A DNA stretch of 62,200 bases, counting the filler, from Choristocarpus tenellus KU-1152 (taxonomy: Eukaryota > Protista > Phaeophyceae), in the NCBI GenBank assembly GCA_964200185.2. It is 10 parts of 10 records of this genome, joined end to end, with 100 filler letters (N's around TTAATTAATTAA, not from the genome) between each part and the next. Parts side by side here need not be neighbours in the genome. Positions count along the whole stretch, not along the records: positions 1 to 13,153 come from CAXNAD020001568.1; positions 13,254 to 19,208 come from CAXNAD020009319.1; positions 19,309 to 21,940 come from CAXNAD020026114.1; positions 22,041 to 25,504 come from CAXNAD020019854.1; positions 25,605 to 36,229 come from CAXNAD020002820.1; 5 more parts are not named here. One strand, written 5' to 3'. The stretch's first letter is position 1. Each line of letters begins with the position of its first letter. Made by a program: the position numbers and the translations under genes. Positions 13,030 through 25,760 of this stretch are shown piece after piece. The notes beneath the pieces were generated by a model that was not told where the DNA came from, made no database searches, and was given only the letters and a program-made list of their open reading frames with translations.

Positions 13030-13153
13030 CATCAACTCCAGCATATGAACTCACTCAAAAACCCTGGAAATGGCTTCTTGTGGGCCGCTACCTTACGGCA
13101 TTCTTAAAAGTCATTACTTTTTTCTGAAGTTTGACCCAAAGTTATCTGGGGGG

Positions 13154-13253
13154 NNNNNNNNNNNNNNNNNNNNNNNNNNNNNNNNNNNNNNNNNNNNTTA
13201 ATTAATTAANNNNNNNNNNNNNNNNNNNNNNNNNNNNNNNNNNNNNNNNNNNN
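13154..13253. other. Artificial contig spacer (N44-TTAATTAATTAA-N44, stops in all six frames)
   Basis: The same 100-bp spacer recurs at 19209-19308, 21941-22040, 25505-25604, 36230-36329, 43028-43127, 46938-47037, 53285-53384 and 57346-57445. There are also 10-N gaps at 5632-5641 and 12112-12121. Confidence 0.98.
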
Positions 13254-14167
13254 TGTTTTTTTTTTTGTTCTACTTGTTCAATGTGAATGTTAGATTCATT
13301 TTTCCCTGCAACCTATCACCTCCATATATCGTGCTCTACCTTTCCTTTTATTTTTGTTTAGTCTGGCTCATGTTCTGCTTGTACAGCAGCCTCCCTATGT
13401 TTCTTACCTCCCTCTGTCTACCCGATTCCTGCCATGATTGATGTTCATGGACATGTCGTTCAGAAAACTGTTTGTGATATCATTTTATTATTTTCATTCA
13501 TTTTATTGTTTGTTCTACTTTCTTTGAAGTATATTATTATTATTATTATTATTGTACCTTGAGTGCTATTACTGCTTCTGCTGTTGGTAATATACTTTGA
13601 TAATGCTATAAATAAGATCATTGTATTTATTGCTATTATTATTTTTTACATTTTGAAGTTTGTTGCACTTGTTGCTAACATTTCTATCTCAGTGCCTACT
13701 ACTCTTAGCATGACAAATTTCAACACACAATACACACACACATACACACACACATACACACACACATACGCACACACATGCTGCTGATTATGGATGGCGT
13801 TACTCTGTTGATGTTCAATTTGTATTTGACTTCATGATTGTGTTTTGAATGCCTCTCTGCATCGTGGGATCAGGCAGAGCAGAGACTTGCAAGGGCGTTG
13901 GAATTACTTGCAAGGGTAAATGAACAGGTGAGGAGGGGGAAGGATAGTAAAACATGGGACGGTGGATAGTGTGTGTGGGTGGGGTGTGTGGGAGACTTGA
14001 CTTTTTCCTTGAGTCTTACTGTGACAAAGGAGTTCTCCATACTTTATCGTTGACGCATCCCAGGTATATATCTTTTTCTTTTTTGTCTGGATTTTTTTTT
14101 ACAATTCATTTTCGGTTACTACGATTCAAATTAAGAAAAAAATTGAAACGTACACAAGCACTCCAGG

Positions 14168-14222
14168 TCAGGGGTCAGGGGTCAGGGTTAGGGTTAGGGT
14201 TAGGGTTAGGATTAGGATTTAA
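14168..14222 (+). repeat. Interstitial telomere-like repeat (TCAGGGG/TTAGGG)n
   Basis: Read directly. Further short TTAGGG tracts lie at 14368-14391, 14908-14942, 17141-17153, 56212-56234, 56701-56713 and 57788-57810. Confidence 0.9.
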
Positions 14223-14808
14223 GGTTCTAACAATAGCGTAGGGCTACTATTTCATAGCACAATTTTTTTCTGTGAGATTAGTCAGTGTCGATATATTCAA
14301 TAATAAAAATAAAATAATTGTATGTTGGTGGGGCGGGAACTGAGTAACTATCCGTAGGGTTGGGGATAGGGTTAGGGTTAGGGTTAGGGTTTCAACCAGA
14401 AGGATCGACAGAAGGAGCTTTTTTTGTAGAGCTCTCTAGGTGGAATGCATCGCTGGGGTATTGAATGGTACCAAGATGTGTCATCCCTAGGACTTTCCCA
14501 AGGGTAGTGGATCTCCACAAGTGAGGAGCACAACCAGCATGAGATTGTACAACAGCAACGGACGAAGTAGTTTGGAACCAACCTTCACCTCGAACCTTCA
14601 CCTCAAACCTTCACCTCGGATATTATTAGTGCTTATAGAGAACTGTTTGGGGTAGGCTATGATTGGTGCTATGTTAATGTCCATACCTTCCTTTCTTGTG
14701 GCGAAATGATTTTTTTTATTTATTAAGAATTTGAATTTCGGAGTTTTTTTTTTTCCTTTTTGTTGAGGAAATGGAACAGCTTTCGCTGCTGTTTATCGTG
14801 GGGGGTGT

Positions 14809-14839
<31 letters not shown>

Positions 14840-15465
14840 AAAATAAAAATGTATTTGTAGTATGTTGATTTTGTTTGATCTAGAACGTGGGCTTTGGCTT
14901 CGTGGAAGGGTTAGGGTTAGGGTTAGGGTTAGGGTTAGGGTTGTGTCCGTCTGTCCGCCTCTCCTACTTTTCTCAGAATCATAGGCACCTCCTGATGAAG
15001 TTTTCTTTTTTTATTTTCAAATTTTGTTCACCAATCGAAATCAAACACGCCATTTTATTTTTACGTTCACCCTGCATTCAACATTTGGAGAGGAGGTAGA
15101 GAGATCATACCCGCTGGCTCTGCACATGAGGTGCAAGGTATGCCCTGATCTTGTCAATTCCTTTATGATCGAAAGACTTGGAGGGTCGTTCCTTTGCAGG
15201 ACGGAAATCTTACCCATGGATTTATTTATTTTTATTTTTCATGGACTTTGTGGTTTGATGTGAACGGGTTAGGGGTCGTATAGGTGGAGATAGGTAATAC
15301 GTGAGCAAAATTGGGAAAAAAAGAAGGAAAAGAACATAAAAAAAGAAGGAATAGAACATGCATGTACACGTGTGAAAATCAAAAAGAGAAATAAAATAAA
15401 ATATTATAAATGAAAAAAACTAGAACCGAAATGAGAAAAAGAAGAGAAGAAAACGTGAAGTACGT

Positions 15466-15695
15466 ATATGAAGAACAAGTATGTATATGAAGAACAAAGT
15501 ATATGTATGAAGAACAAAGTATGTGTATCAAGAAAAAGTATGTATATCAAGAACAAAATATGTATATGAAGAACAAAGTATGTGTATGAAGAACAAAGTA
15601 TGTGTATGAAGAACAAAGTATGTGTATCAAGAACAAAGTATGTATATCAAGAACAAAATATGTGCATGAAGAACAAAGTATGTATATCAAGAACA
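15466..15695. repeat. Minisatellite, 20-bp unit TATGTGTATGAAGAACAAAG, ~11 copies
   Basis: Tandem periodicity read directly. Confidence 0.95.
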
Positions 15696-16096
15696 ATGAC
15701 AAAAAAAGGTACGGACCTTGAGTCCCTTCCACGTATTGAGTGTTCTTTTTTTTTTTTTTATGCTGTCTTTTTCTGACTGTCTTTTTTCATGTCTCATCAT
15801 TCACCCAATATGCCCGTTTGTGCTTGGTGTGTTGAATTTCTTTGTACAGTACTGTTCTTATTTATTTCATTATTATTATATTTGTGACTTTGTTTTTCAT
15901 GTCCCTTGATAATGAAGTTGTTTTTTGTTTGACCACCCCACCATGAGTATCTAAATACCATGTAAATAAGTATCTAAATACCATGTAAATAAGTATCTAA
16001 ATGTTTTATGCACTGTTTTCTCGTTGCTTGGGGTGAATGGAGTATATTTGTTGGTTGTAACTGACTCAGTAATACCTTTTCTCTCATCCTGTGATT

Positions 16097-16378
16097 AATA
16101 CATACGCATACACACATACTTCTACACATACATATGCACATACATATAGACATAATATACACATACGTTTACACATAATATACACATACACATACACATA
16201 ATATAAACATACACATACATATACACATAATATAAACATACATATACACATAATATACACATATACATACATATACACATAATATAAACATACACATACA
16301 CATACATATAGACATAATATACACATAATATACACATAATATACACATAATATACACATACACATGCGCATACACGTG
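16097..16378. repeat. Degenerate AC/AT compound microsatellite
   Basis: Runs of ACACATAATAT and ACACAT. Confidence 0.9.
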
Positions 16379-16656
16379 TGTATACTGTGAAGCAATGTTT
16401 GCTATTTAACCTATACCTCTACTCCATTAAAGTGTCTCCCCCCATGATATCCAAACCTCCTGCCTGGTTGACTCAATAATTTTAATTTTGTTTTTGTTTT
16501 TTTCATCAGTTGGAAAAATTGACATCCTTGAACCATAGAGGCGAAGATTCAGAGAACGGACCCGATGTGGAGGGTGGGACTGGAAGGGACATTGAGGTGG
16601 GTATTGTAGCTCAGGGTTGTCAAGAAGGAGGGTGGGCTGCAAATGTGAGAGGCGAC

Positions 16657-17115
16657 ATTGTTATTATTTGATTCGATTGTTATTATTTGATTCGATTGTT
16701 ATTATTGATTCGATTATTGTTATTTGATTTGATTGTTATTATTGATTTGATTGTTATTATTGATTCGATAGTTATTATTGATTCGATTGTTATTATTTGA
16801 TTCGATTGTTATTATTTGATTCGATTGTTATTATTGATTCGATTGTTATTATTGATTCAATTGTTATTATTGATTCGATTATTATTATTTGATTCGATTG
16901 TTATTATTGATTCGATAGTTATTATTGATTCAATTGTTATTATTGATTCGATTATTATTATTTGATTCGATTGTTATCATTGATTCAATTGTTATTATTG
17001 ATTCGATTGTTATTATTGATTCGATAGTTATTATTGATTCAATTGTTATTATTGATTCGATTATTATTATTTGATTCGATTGTTATTATTGATTCAATTG
17101 TTATTATTGATTCGA
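16657..17115. repeat. Minisatellite, 18-19-bp unit ATTGTTATTATTGATTCG, ~25 copies
   Basis: Tandem periodicity read directly. Confidence 0.95.
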
Positions 17116-17607
17116 TATGTGCACAGAACGGTGTTGGTGTGGTTAGGGTTAGGGAAGAGCTTGGTACCGGGACTGGAACGGTCTCGCGAGCAGGGTTTCA
17201 ACACCTTGGGTGGTGATGGGATTGGAGATATGATAGTAGGAGTTGATATTTTCTGCGCAAATTGTGCAAAAAAAAACTGTTTGCGATGTACAGGGTGTAC
17301 CTTTTTCCGACATCAACTAACTAACTGCCTTGATATCCCCCGTGTGTCCTCCCCAAGGTGCTGCAAAGATCTAGCCTTGAGCCTTGGGGAACATTTTGTG
17401 TTTGTCTCTCCTGCGTCTGGACTTGAATTGAAGTAGCATGCGATGTGACTATTTTATTTTATTTTATTTTATTTTATTTTATTTATTTTGTCTAATTCTG
17501 CCGCTTGTCCCCCCCAACCCCCTCTACACAACTTTTTGTTTTTATTTTTATTGGTTGTGAACCGAACACTTTGATTGGCTGATTGTTTTGAATATGGCAT
17601 GTTCCAG

Positions 17608-17853
17608 TTGTGTGTCAGAGCAGGCTCCGGCGTTGGGGGGTTGGGAACGCCCAGCTTGTATGTAGTGAGAAAGGACGGATCGAGGGTGGGGTGTGGGGCT
17701 GAAGTAGGTGGAGAGTTTGTCGTGGGAGGTGCCAAAGCTGAGGTGCAGGTTGTGGGGAGCCCGCTGCAGAGAGGTGGTGTGGGCATCACAGCACTAAGCA
17801 TGCATCGTAAAGATGTCTTAACTCTCCTTCGGGAAGAGCCGGAGAATGCTCAG
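17608..17853 (+). CDS. Possible internal exon of an unidentified gene (weak resemblance to a cNMP-binding fold C-terminus)
   Basis: Open frame between ttccag| and |gtgggt: LCVRAGSG...GAEVGGEFVVGG...TALSMHRKDVLTLLREEPENAQ. Other short exon-like segments lie at ~13873-13927 and ~16509-16596. Confidence 0.3.
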
Positions 17854-17923
17854 GTGGGTACAGTTTTTTTAGGGTGAACATGGTACTATTGTAGTTGAAA
17901 TGCTCTTCAGTGTGTATGTTGTA

Positions 17924-17974
17924 TTACTACTACTACTACCACTACTACTACTACCACTACAACTACTACTACTA

Positions 17975-18007
<33 letters not shown>

Positions 18008-18036
18008 ATACTATTAGTACTAATACTATTAGTACT
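17924..18036. repeat. (TAC)n microsatellite
   Basis: Read directly. (GGAT)n at 18257-18350 and (TG)n at 18921-18957 are nearby. Confidence 0.95.
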
Positions 18037-18914
18037 GTGTTCAAATAATACATAATAATGTACGTAGTATTAGAACAATGTATGTAGTATATATAGATAC
18101 AATATGTACAGAATACAGTGGCAGTTGGAGAAGGGAGGGCTTCTCAGCATTCGTACAAGACCTATTTTATTTTTATGGTGCAATCAGGGTGATTCTATGT
18201 ATTGGAACCAAAATCAAATTTAATAAATATTCCGGTCCTGCAATCTCGGACATGTCGATGGATGGATGGATGGATGGATGGATGGATGGAAGGATGGATG
18301 GATGGAAGGAAGGATGGATTGATGGATGGATGGATGGATGGATGGATGGAAGGAGAAAAGTAGAACCCTTATTGATTGATTTTTTTTTCATGGTGGCACT
18401 TGACCACTCTCTAGCCTGTGCTCCTCACCAGAGCACAACGGGAACCAACATGCACACTCTTTTTGTGTGGGGATGGTAGTATGAGGTGTTGATTCATTTT
18501 GCTCTCCTAGCCTCAGCCTGCCTGCCTGCCTGCCTACCTACTCCTGGTTGCTTCGTCTCGTGTACATTCAAAGTGTCCCCTCTTCTTGACCGCTGTCTTT
18601 CTAGTGAGTCTGGTTTCGAAATTTTCTCTTTTCTTTTTCTGCTGTGTGACTGTGTGTGTGACTGTGTAATCTCGATCAGTATATAGATAGACCTGTCGCG
18701 CTCGCTTTCCCCCGCCGCCACCTCCCCCCCCCCCCCCCCCCCCTCCCTGCCTACGTGTCGGTACCGATCTGGATATGATTGTCCAAAGGTTGAAGTTAGA
18801 CATCGATTCAAGCGATTCCTGTTTGTTTGTTGTTGTTGAAAGTCCCTGGGCATGAGACAGTGGGTAGATGTTATGTCTTATGTGCGTATATAGTTAAATT
18901 GCAGGAGGTCTCTT

Positions 18915-18962
<48 letters not shown>

Positions 18963-19310
18963 AAACAATGTCATGCAGGGTTGGTAATTGTTCCACTCCT
19001 TCCTTTTCATATGTTAAGACAAGTTGTGTGCAGTGCAGACGTTTGTTCCGCCTTGAGTATTCACGCTCACGTAACATTCCGAGAAATCTTACCTGTGTCT
19101 TACTGAACCAATGAAAACGGGTCCGGTCCGTCAGTGGTTCCTACGCCCAGAGGGAATAAGGGGCGGGGGGGGGGGGTCCTTGCATCTAATGGGGGGATTA
19201 TATTGATTNNNNNNNNNNNNNNNNNNNNNNNNNNNNNNNNNNNNNNNNNNNNTTAATTAATTAANNNNNNNNNNNNNNNNNNNNNNNNNNNNNNNNNNNN
19301 NNNNNNNNGT

Positions 19311-19520
19311 GACTGGAAATCAGGAGCGAAGGGGGGTTCGCCCTGGTTGGTCATCAGATGTGGGTATAGCTGGAAATCAGGGGCGAAGGGGGGTTCGCCC
19401 TGGTTGGTCATCAGATGTGGGGGGTGACTGGAAATCAGTGGCAAAAGGGGTTCACCCTGGTTGGTCAACAGAGGTGGACGGTGGCTGGAAATCAGTGGCG
19501 AAGAGGTCGCAATGGTTGGT
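19311..19520. repeat. Tandem repeat, ~59-bp unit, ~4 copies
   Basis: CTGGAAATCAG...GGGGTTCGCCCTGGTTGGTCATCAGATGTGG is repeated. Confidence 0.9.
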
Positions 19521-20315
19521 CACAAGGGTTGTTAGAATGTGGGGAGAAAAGGGAATAGGGAGGAATACAAGTGTAGAATAAAATAAAAATAATCCAGAAT
19601 TCGTGAGCAAAACAAAATCTGAGTTTGTGAGCGGAGGAAATCTGGTTGGTTGGGGAAACAGGGGAAGGGATAGGACAGACAGAGAGAAGAGTAAGAATTA
19701 GCAAGAAGGGAACAAATACTTAAATAATGTGGGGGAAAGAGAGGGAGGAGAGAAGTTAATGAAATGAGTGGTAGGTGGAAGTACGGGGTAGGAAGGAATG
19801 ATCAGTATTGAAAATATTGCCCTGGGCTGGGGATACAAGAGGAGGACAGCAAGAATAAGACAACTTCCAAGCAAGTTCTCGTCGGAATGGATCAACGCAG
19901 AACCCAAGCAACCTTTACTACAGTTGAAAGAGAGAGAGGCCCTGTGGAAAAGGTGGGGATGCTTGAGATCAAGATATACAAATAGTGGGGAAAAGCCCAC
20001 AAAACAAGGGGGATGATGACTGTGATGACGAAAAACATTGTAGATAAGTGTGTGGTAGGAATGAGACATGTGCAGTTAAGTGGGTAGATTCAGAAACAAT
20101 GCAAGGGGTATCCAGGGAAATCAATAGAAGAAGAAGAACGAAGGACCGACCACGATGTTATGGAGAGAAACAAGATAGACGCATGGATGATGAATCGGTT
20201 CAATTCTTACAGTAGTGGTCCTGCAGAGGAGGAAGTACAGGTTAATACTGTAAGTTATAAACGCTAATACTTTATAGATTGGTACACACACCAGGATGGA
20301 AAAGGGTTGAGGGTC

Positions 20316-21770
20316 TGTTACAGGCGAATAGCGCGAGCATTTCTTCTCAGGTTACAGCAAACACGAACATTTGTGACAGACGTATAGTGTGAGGATTTTT
20401 TTCTCACGTTCTAACAAGTGCGAAGAATATACAATATTAGTAACACATAGGTAGCCTTACAGAATAAGTGATGACTTCATAGGAAATACAGAGTAAGATA
20501 CGGAATGCATACGTAACATTGCAGAAGAAAATATCAAAGTCCCTAAGAAGTTGCAGAAGAAAGGTTTATGATTGGAGTATGTGTAGAGCAGTTGCATAGA
20601 AGACCAAAGAAATTGGGTGGATGATGAAAATAATAAGAAGGATTTTGGCCAAAGCCATCCCACTTGCCCCCAATCTTTATCTTTTACCTTGAATGAGACT
20701 TTGAGTCGAGCTTTGAGCTAAGCAATGAGTGGAATAACAAGAAGAGAAGGACACCTGACACCCTACAAACTGTTGTAAAGGGCAATGCCCCCATAGCGTT
20801 GTTTTAAGGTCGTTGGATTTGAGTTGTACATCCTGTGGAGGTGAGCTCTGAGGGGCGCATGTAACATGGAAGTCCTACCGCCTCTCTTCAAACTGGAGGG
20901 AATACTCAGTATCCACCTCAACATTTAGGATTCTTTGTAGCTTCCTGCGCCCGCCTGGATTCTTTTCTTTTCCCACTTGGGTTTGTGGTCTTCATTCGTC
21001 ATATACGGGATTCCCTCCTTGGGCTCGTCGTCTTCATGGGTGTGAGGGCTTCTATGGCTCTGAGGGAATCGCCCTTCTCTAGCCATAAAACGAGTGGCCT
21101 CTGATCGCCACATCACTCGCCTATAGTCATAAAATGAGTGGTTTTTGACCGCCATGATATAGATATTGCCTAGGTAGTTCTTCCTCGCCATTTGTACACT
21201 CACATTCCCGATCTGTTTTTCGTATATCACACTGTTCTTTTATTTCACAGGTTCCGCTGGAAATCGGTGATTCGGAGATGTTCCTGCCCAACGCCAGACT
21301 CACGAGAACTCTTGCAGCAGTTGTGACGGATCAACGTGTTTATGCATCGCGTCCACGCATCAATAACTTCACCCCTTTCCACATTGAGCTCGTCGAAAAC
21401 TCTTGTCTGAGGTTCTTAGGACACACAGCGGTCCTTTCAGGTGCTTCGTCTGCAATCAACGTCCCACTCATCAAAGGACAGCTCTTACAGGTCCGTTGAG
21501 ACGACGTTAGAGCAACTGAGTGGTTCATATTTCGGTGAGAGAATGCACCCTTTTTGGATGGCCAGCCGAAAATCGTGTTAAAGGTTGCCATGTGTTATTT
21601 TTCTAAAAGAGAGAGAAAGGTGTGAAGCAGAAGGCTGCAACCATAGTCTAGTTTTCCACTATCAAGCGTATACGGTAGATTTGCAGATGCCTCATATATG
21701 TAAAGCTCATTTGGGGCGGGATATATGGGTAAAGATCCACTCATTGATTCGTACGAACGAGCCCAAATCT
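20316..21770. mobile_element. TGTTACAGGCG...CGCATGTAACA unit (20316-20866) plus adjacent degenerate internal region
   Basis: Has inverted termini. The downstream region 21245-21770 is homologous to 3540-4060, which also follows a copy of this unit. Confidence 0.65.
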
Positions 21771-22382
21771 CCTACAGTAGGTGCACCGATTTTGTTCACC
21801 CATGGGCATGCCCGAAAAAAGCGGCGCAGAATTGATGTGGTACAATATCGTTTTATAAAAAAACGGGAAATCAATCGTGGAATCGACTAACAATCGTGGC
21901 ATTCGTGGGAAATCAATCGTGGAATCGAGTAATTAATCGTNNNNNNNNNNNNNNNNNNNNNNNNNNNNNNNNNNNNNNNNNNNNTTAATTAATTAANNNN
22001 NNNNNNNNNNNNNNNNNNNNNNNNNNNNNNNNNNNNNNNNGTCGTTTTGAGGTCGTTGGATTTGAGTTGTACATCCTGGAAGGTGAGCATTGAGGGGCGC
22101 CTGTAACAGAATATGCAAAGGTGGTAGACATTATTTTTTGTGATGTTAAGCCAGGATCGTTGATCAAGTTCTTGATTTTCCACAGTTATACGTTGTACCG
22201 CTTTTGGAGAGGTGATAAAGTGACACTCCAAATGTCCGACATCGTGTTTCATTTTTCTTTCTCTCGGTCTCTGGTGGGAACACGATTAACACAATGCAAT
22301 AGGTCAAGATATTTCCTGTTTCATTGCTGTCGCTCAGCACTATTTTTCGTTAGTGAGATGGGAGATCAGTGGCCATGCATTC

Positions 22383-22700
22383 CAAAAGTACCCTTCCACT
22401 ATTGGGGGTTGGAACCCAAAGTACTACACTGCTTTGTTACCGTACAGGTAGGTGCGAACGTTGGACAGGAGGGCATCTATGATGCAGGGCTTGCCAATGG
22501 ATTGCAGAGGCATCTTAAGGTTCCTTCTTGTGGTGAAATGGTGAAGGGACGCAAATAGGTTGAAAATCTCCCCGAAACCTCATTCATTGGCGACCCTACA
22601 CACATGCTTTTCCTCCTCCTGCCGCTGAGCCAACCCCGTTGCTGTTTGTCTGGAATCCCTCTTCCCATGGGACACTTAGGCGTAGACATTGTTGTCATTA
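22383..22700 (-). mobile_element. PIF/Harbinger-type DDE transposase remnant (C-terminal part)
   Basis: Minus-frame RVANE*GFGEIFNLFASL...NLK...IDALLSNVRTYLYGNKAV*YFGFQPP resembles the DDE_Tnp_4-type R..VEWGFG...LL.N..TCLYG....YF...PP C-terminus. Contains in-frame stops. Confidence 0.65.
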
Positions 22701-24085
22701 TCGGGGTTATAATGAGTACTGGGAGTTCATCCTAACGTCGAAATCCCTCAATTTACCAATGTAACCCATTGAAACTGATGTCATTGTTGATCATTGGTTC
22801 TCTTATACCGAGAGCATTTCGCAGTGGGAAATTATGTACTAAGTAAGTTGTCACAGATACAGAAGTAAGCTCATTTGTTTGAAAAGGGATATGAGATGTG
22901 CATATGGACAGACCAAGATATATCCAACGTTCAGCAGTTCATGTTTGTCTGTGTGTGTTGATAAAGTTAGATATACAATTCTTCTTGGGAAGAGTCTCTC
23001 TAGAAGGTTAGATTTATAATTCCAAAGGTTGTTACAACAGGATACTTTGTATAACGAAGTTTTGATAATAATGTATAAGCAAGAGTGATGGTGGGTGAGT
23101 AGATTGATATTCTTTTGCATTGATACCTCTGAGTTATTTCTTCCAGTTCACTGTCGACATTTGCTGCAACAGTGTAAGAAACCTATAGCTGATGCTATAC
23201 GAAGTACTTGGAGGAAATGAAGCAGAACATGAAGCCACGGCACATTCCGTTTGGACGTCAGCAAAACAGGAAATTTGTATATATTTTTTGCAATTACTTA
23301 CTTAGAACTAGAATCATCAAAGATTGTTAGCAAAGATTTGAAGCATACTGTAAGCTGCATAACAGTGTAGGGAATGAATGAGACAAGCCAAGGTCCATCA
23401 ATTTCCTAACTCTCACTCAAGTACGTCAACTGAAGAGACCAGTCCATGTTTGTGCATATCTGCTGCGGTGCGTGTAGAGCTCCATAGGTACGCATTACGC
23501 GGCATATATATATATGCATTACACATGTATACACATTGTTGGCAAATTCATATTATTATCACCACAGAAGGAAATCATCTACCTCGAACCAATACCAATT
23601 GTGTGCGCGACCAGTTACAAGATACAAATAGAAGCAAGGATCCATGTGATCCAATCAACTTCAACACTTCTTGCGGGCGCTTCATGGATTTGGATGTAGG
23701 TCTCCTGAGGACGTACTTAGCCACTTAGGATTACAATACAGTTCCACTTTTCGTGTTACAAAAAAAGGAGATGAAACTACAGCTGTTGCAGTCTCGTCAT
23801 ATCTACTTTGCAAATGCCAGAAAATCGAGCATTCCAATACCAAAAACTTCTCCAAATATGGGTCACCGGTACTGCCGCCATACAATACGATCCTTCAAAG
23901 TGCTCTTCGAATTGCAAACAAAAACTGCCGTACCTACATTGCCATCCTATGATTTTGTCTCTCCCCTTTTCAGCATGTGTTGATATTACAGGTGATGATG
24001 GGGAGGCTGAGTCCAATGAATTCCAGTTACTGTGGCCTTGTCTGTGCTGAATAATTTGGTGGTACGTAGTCTACCTCCATGTTTT

Positions 24086-25354
24086 CTATGCGCTCAACTT
24101 CTTTGGATGCTTTTTCATCGTCTGGGATAGCCACTCGAGCCCTGCATAGACACCCTCGCCTGAAACTGCACAGCAAGCCTATATTGAAGAAGAGCATATA
24201 GAGTCGATACAGAAAGGACAAGGTCATCATACACTCAAAGACAAGATGTCGCAAACCTAAATATCGATTGGGGATTAGAGATTAATGTGTACACACCAGT
24301 GAGATTGAACCTAATATATACAATCTACAACTCTTCAATAAATGCAACAACATGGTTTCCATTATTATTCATACGGTATGTTGCTGAGAGACAGGTATTT
24401 ATCGCACAGGGGAAAATTGTGGGGGCCTGAGCAGTTTACTATGTTCTACTTCGGAAATTGGTCGCGGCACATACTGCAATCATATTTACTGATGTGTTAT
24501 GTTTTGCTCTTTTGTGGTTTGAGGTGCAGCCAGGTGCATAAACATGTCTCAGGGTCAAAACGAGACTGTAATATGACAACTGAGTGCATCAGTGCAAACA
24601 GTGGTATACAGAATAAAACAAGTGTGTGGGTGATTTACATGAAAAAAAAATGTATTCGCATCTTCATTGCATTGATCCAAGAATGTGTTAAGTACTCGAG
24701 TAAATCACAATAGATATATGTAAGAAAAAACTAGTACACCTAATCTGGAATGCTTGGGCAGTCACACCCAGCAACTACTTTGCATACCAAGTGATAGGTG
24801 AAAAAAAACAACTAAATCATTTCCCACCTGCAGGTACCAGTTTCGATGCTTGAGGGGACTTTGATTATCGATGGCGAGCTTTTCCAGCGCTTGACTAAGT
24901 GTAACTGCACCTGGTAGGTCCTGGAAGCATTCCGAGTCACATTGGGCACAGTGATTGGTACGGAGGGTGAGGTTGGATGTGGGGACATGTATACATTGGA
25001 AACGAACAATTTCAAACTGGTATGTATGTATGTATATATGTATGTATGTATGTACTATCTATGTATTATTATTATTATGTGCGTATGTGCGTATATGTGT
25101 ATGTATTATGTATGTATCATGCGCATTCATCAATGGTGTAAGCGAGAAATCTCGCGGCACAAACCTGCTTGTTGAGAAAGATAAGCACAGTCCGGCAGTT
25201 ATCCATTGCAGGGTCCCGCAGGACACGATAAAGCTCGCCCCATGCCTCGTCCAGTCGTTCACGATCTTGAGAGTCTACCACGAAAATGAGCGCATCAGTG
25301 CCTGAGAAATAATGACTCCACAACGGGCGTATTCTGTCCTGACCACCGATGTCC
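24086..25354 (-). CDS. ARF/ARL-family small GTPase, last three exons (25354-25165, 24920-24828, 24178-24086); 5' exons lie beyond the contig end
   Basis: Encodes (W)DIGGQDRIRPLWSHYF (G3 motif), LIFVVDS, NKQ|DLPGA (G4 motif) and WYLQ|ACCAVSGEGVYAGLEWL. GT-AG introns are in consistent phase and the stop is TAG. Confidence 0.93.
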
Positions 25355-25760
25355 CTATTAGGATACGAGGAAAATATTATTTTTCATAGATTACCCGAGA
25401 TAAAATAGTGGCGACTACAGGGAAGGAGAAGAGTACCTGGGGTCAAAGTATCTTGGGGGGGGGGGGGTGGTTTGTGAGGGGGCGTCCGTTTCGGGCAAAG
25501 AACGNNNNNNNNNNNNNNNNNNNNNNNNNNNNNNNNNNNNNNNNNNNNTTAATTAATTAANNNNNNNNNNNNNNNNNNNNNNNNNNNNNNNNNNNNNNNN
25601 NNNNCCCTCCAAGCTTTGGGCCTATGGACACTCACCACAATTGAAATGATGGAACAGGAGACATTGCAACAGGAACAAAATGCCCAGATTAGAGGACTAA
25701 AGACGAACAGATACTTCACAGAGTAAAAGAAGATGAGAGCTCAAACCATTAATGTCCTCT

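Noticed and set aside
13198-13209. Recurring palindrome TTAATTAATTAA
   Set aside because: Always centred in 100-bp N spacers, so it is an assembly linker, not a biological motif.
14168-14942. TTAGGG tracts as true chromosome ends
   Set aside because: They are short, internal to contigs, and flanked by unique sequence on both sides.
15404-17216. Minisatellite arrays as CRISPR-like arrays or repeat-protein ORFs
   Set aside because: Units are directly adjacent with no unique spacers and no cas genes. The ORFs are low-complexity by-products.
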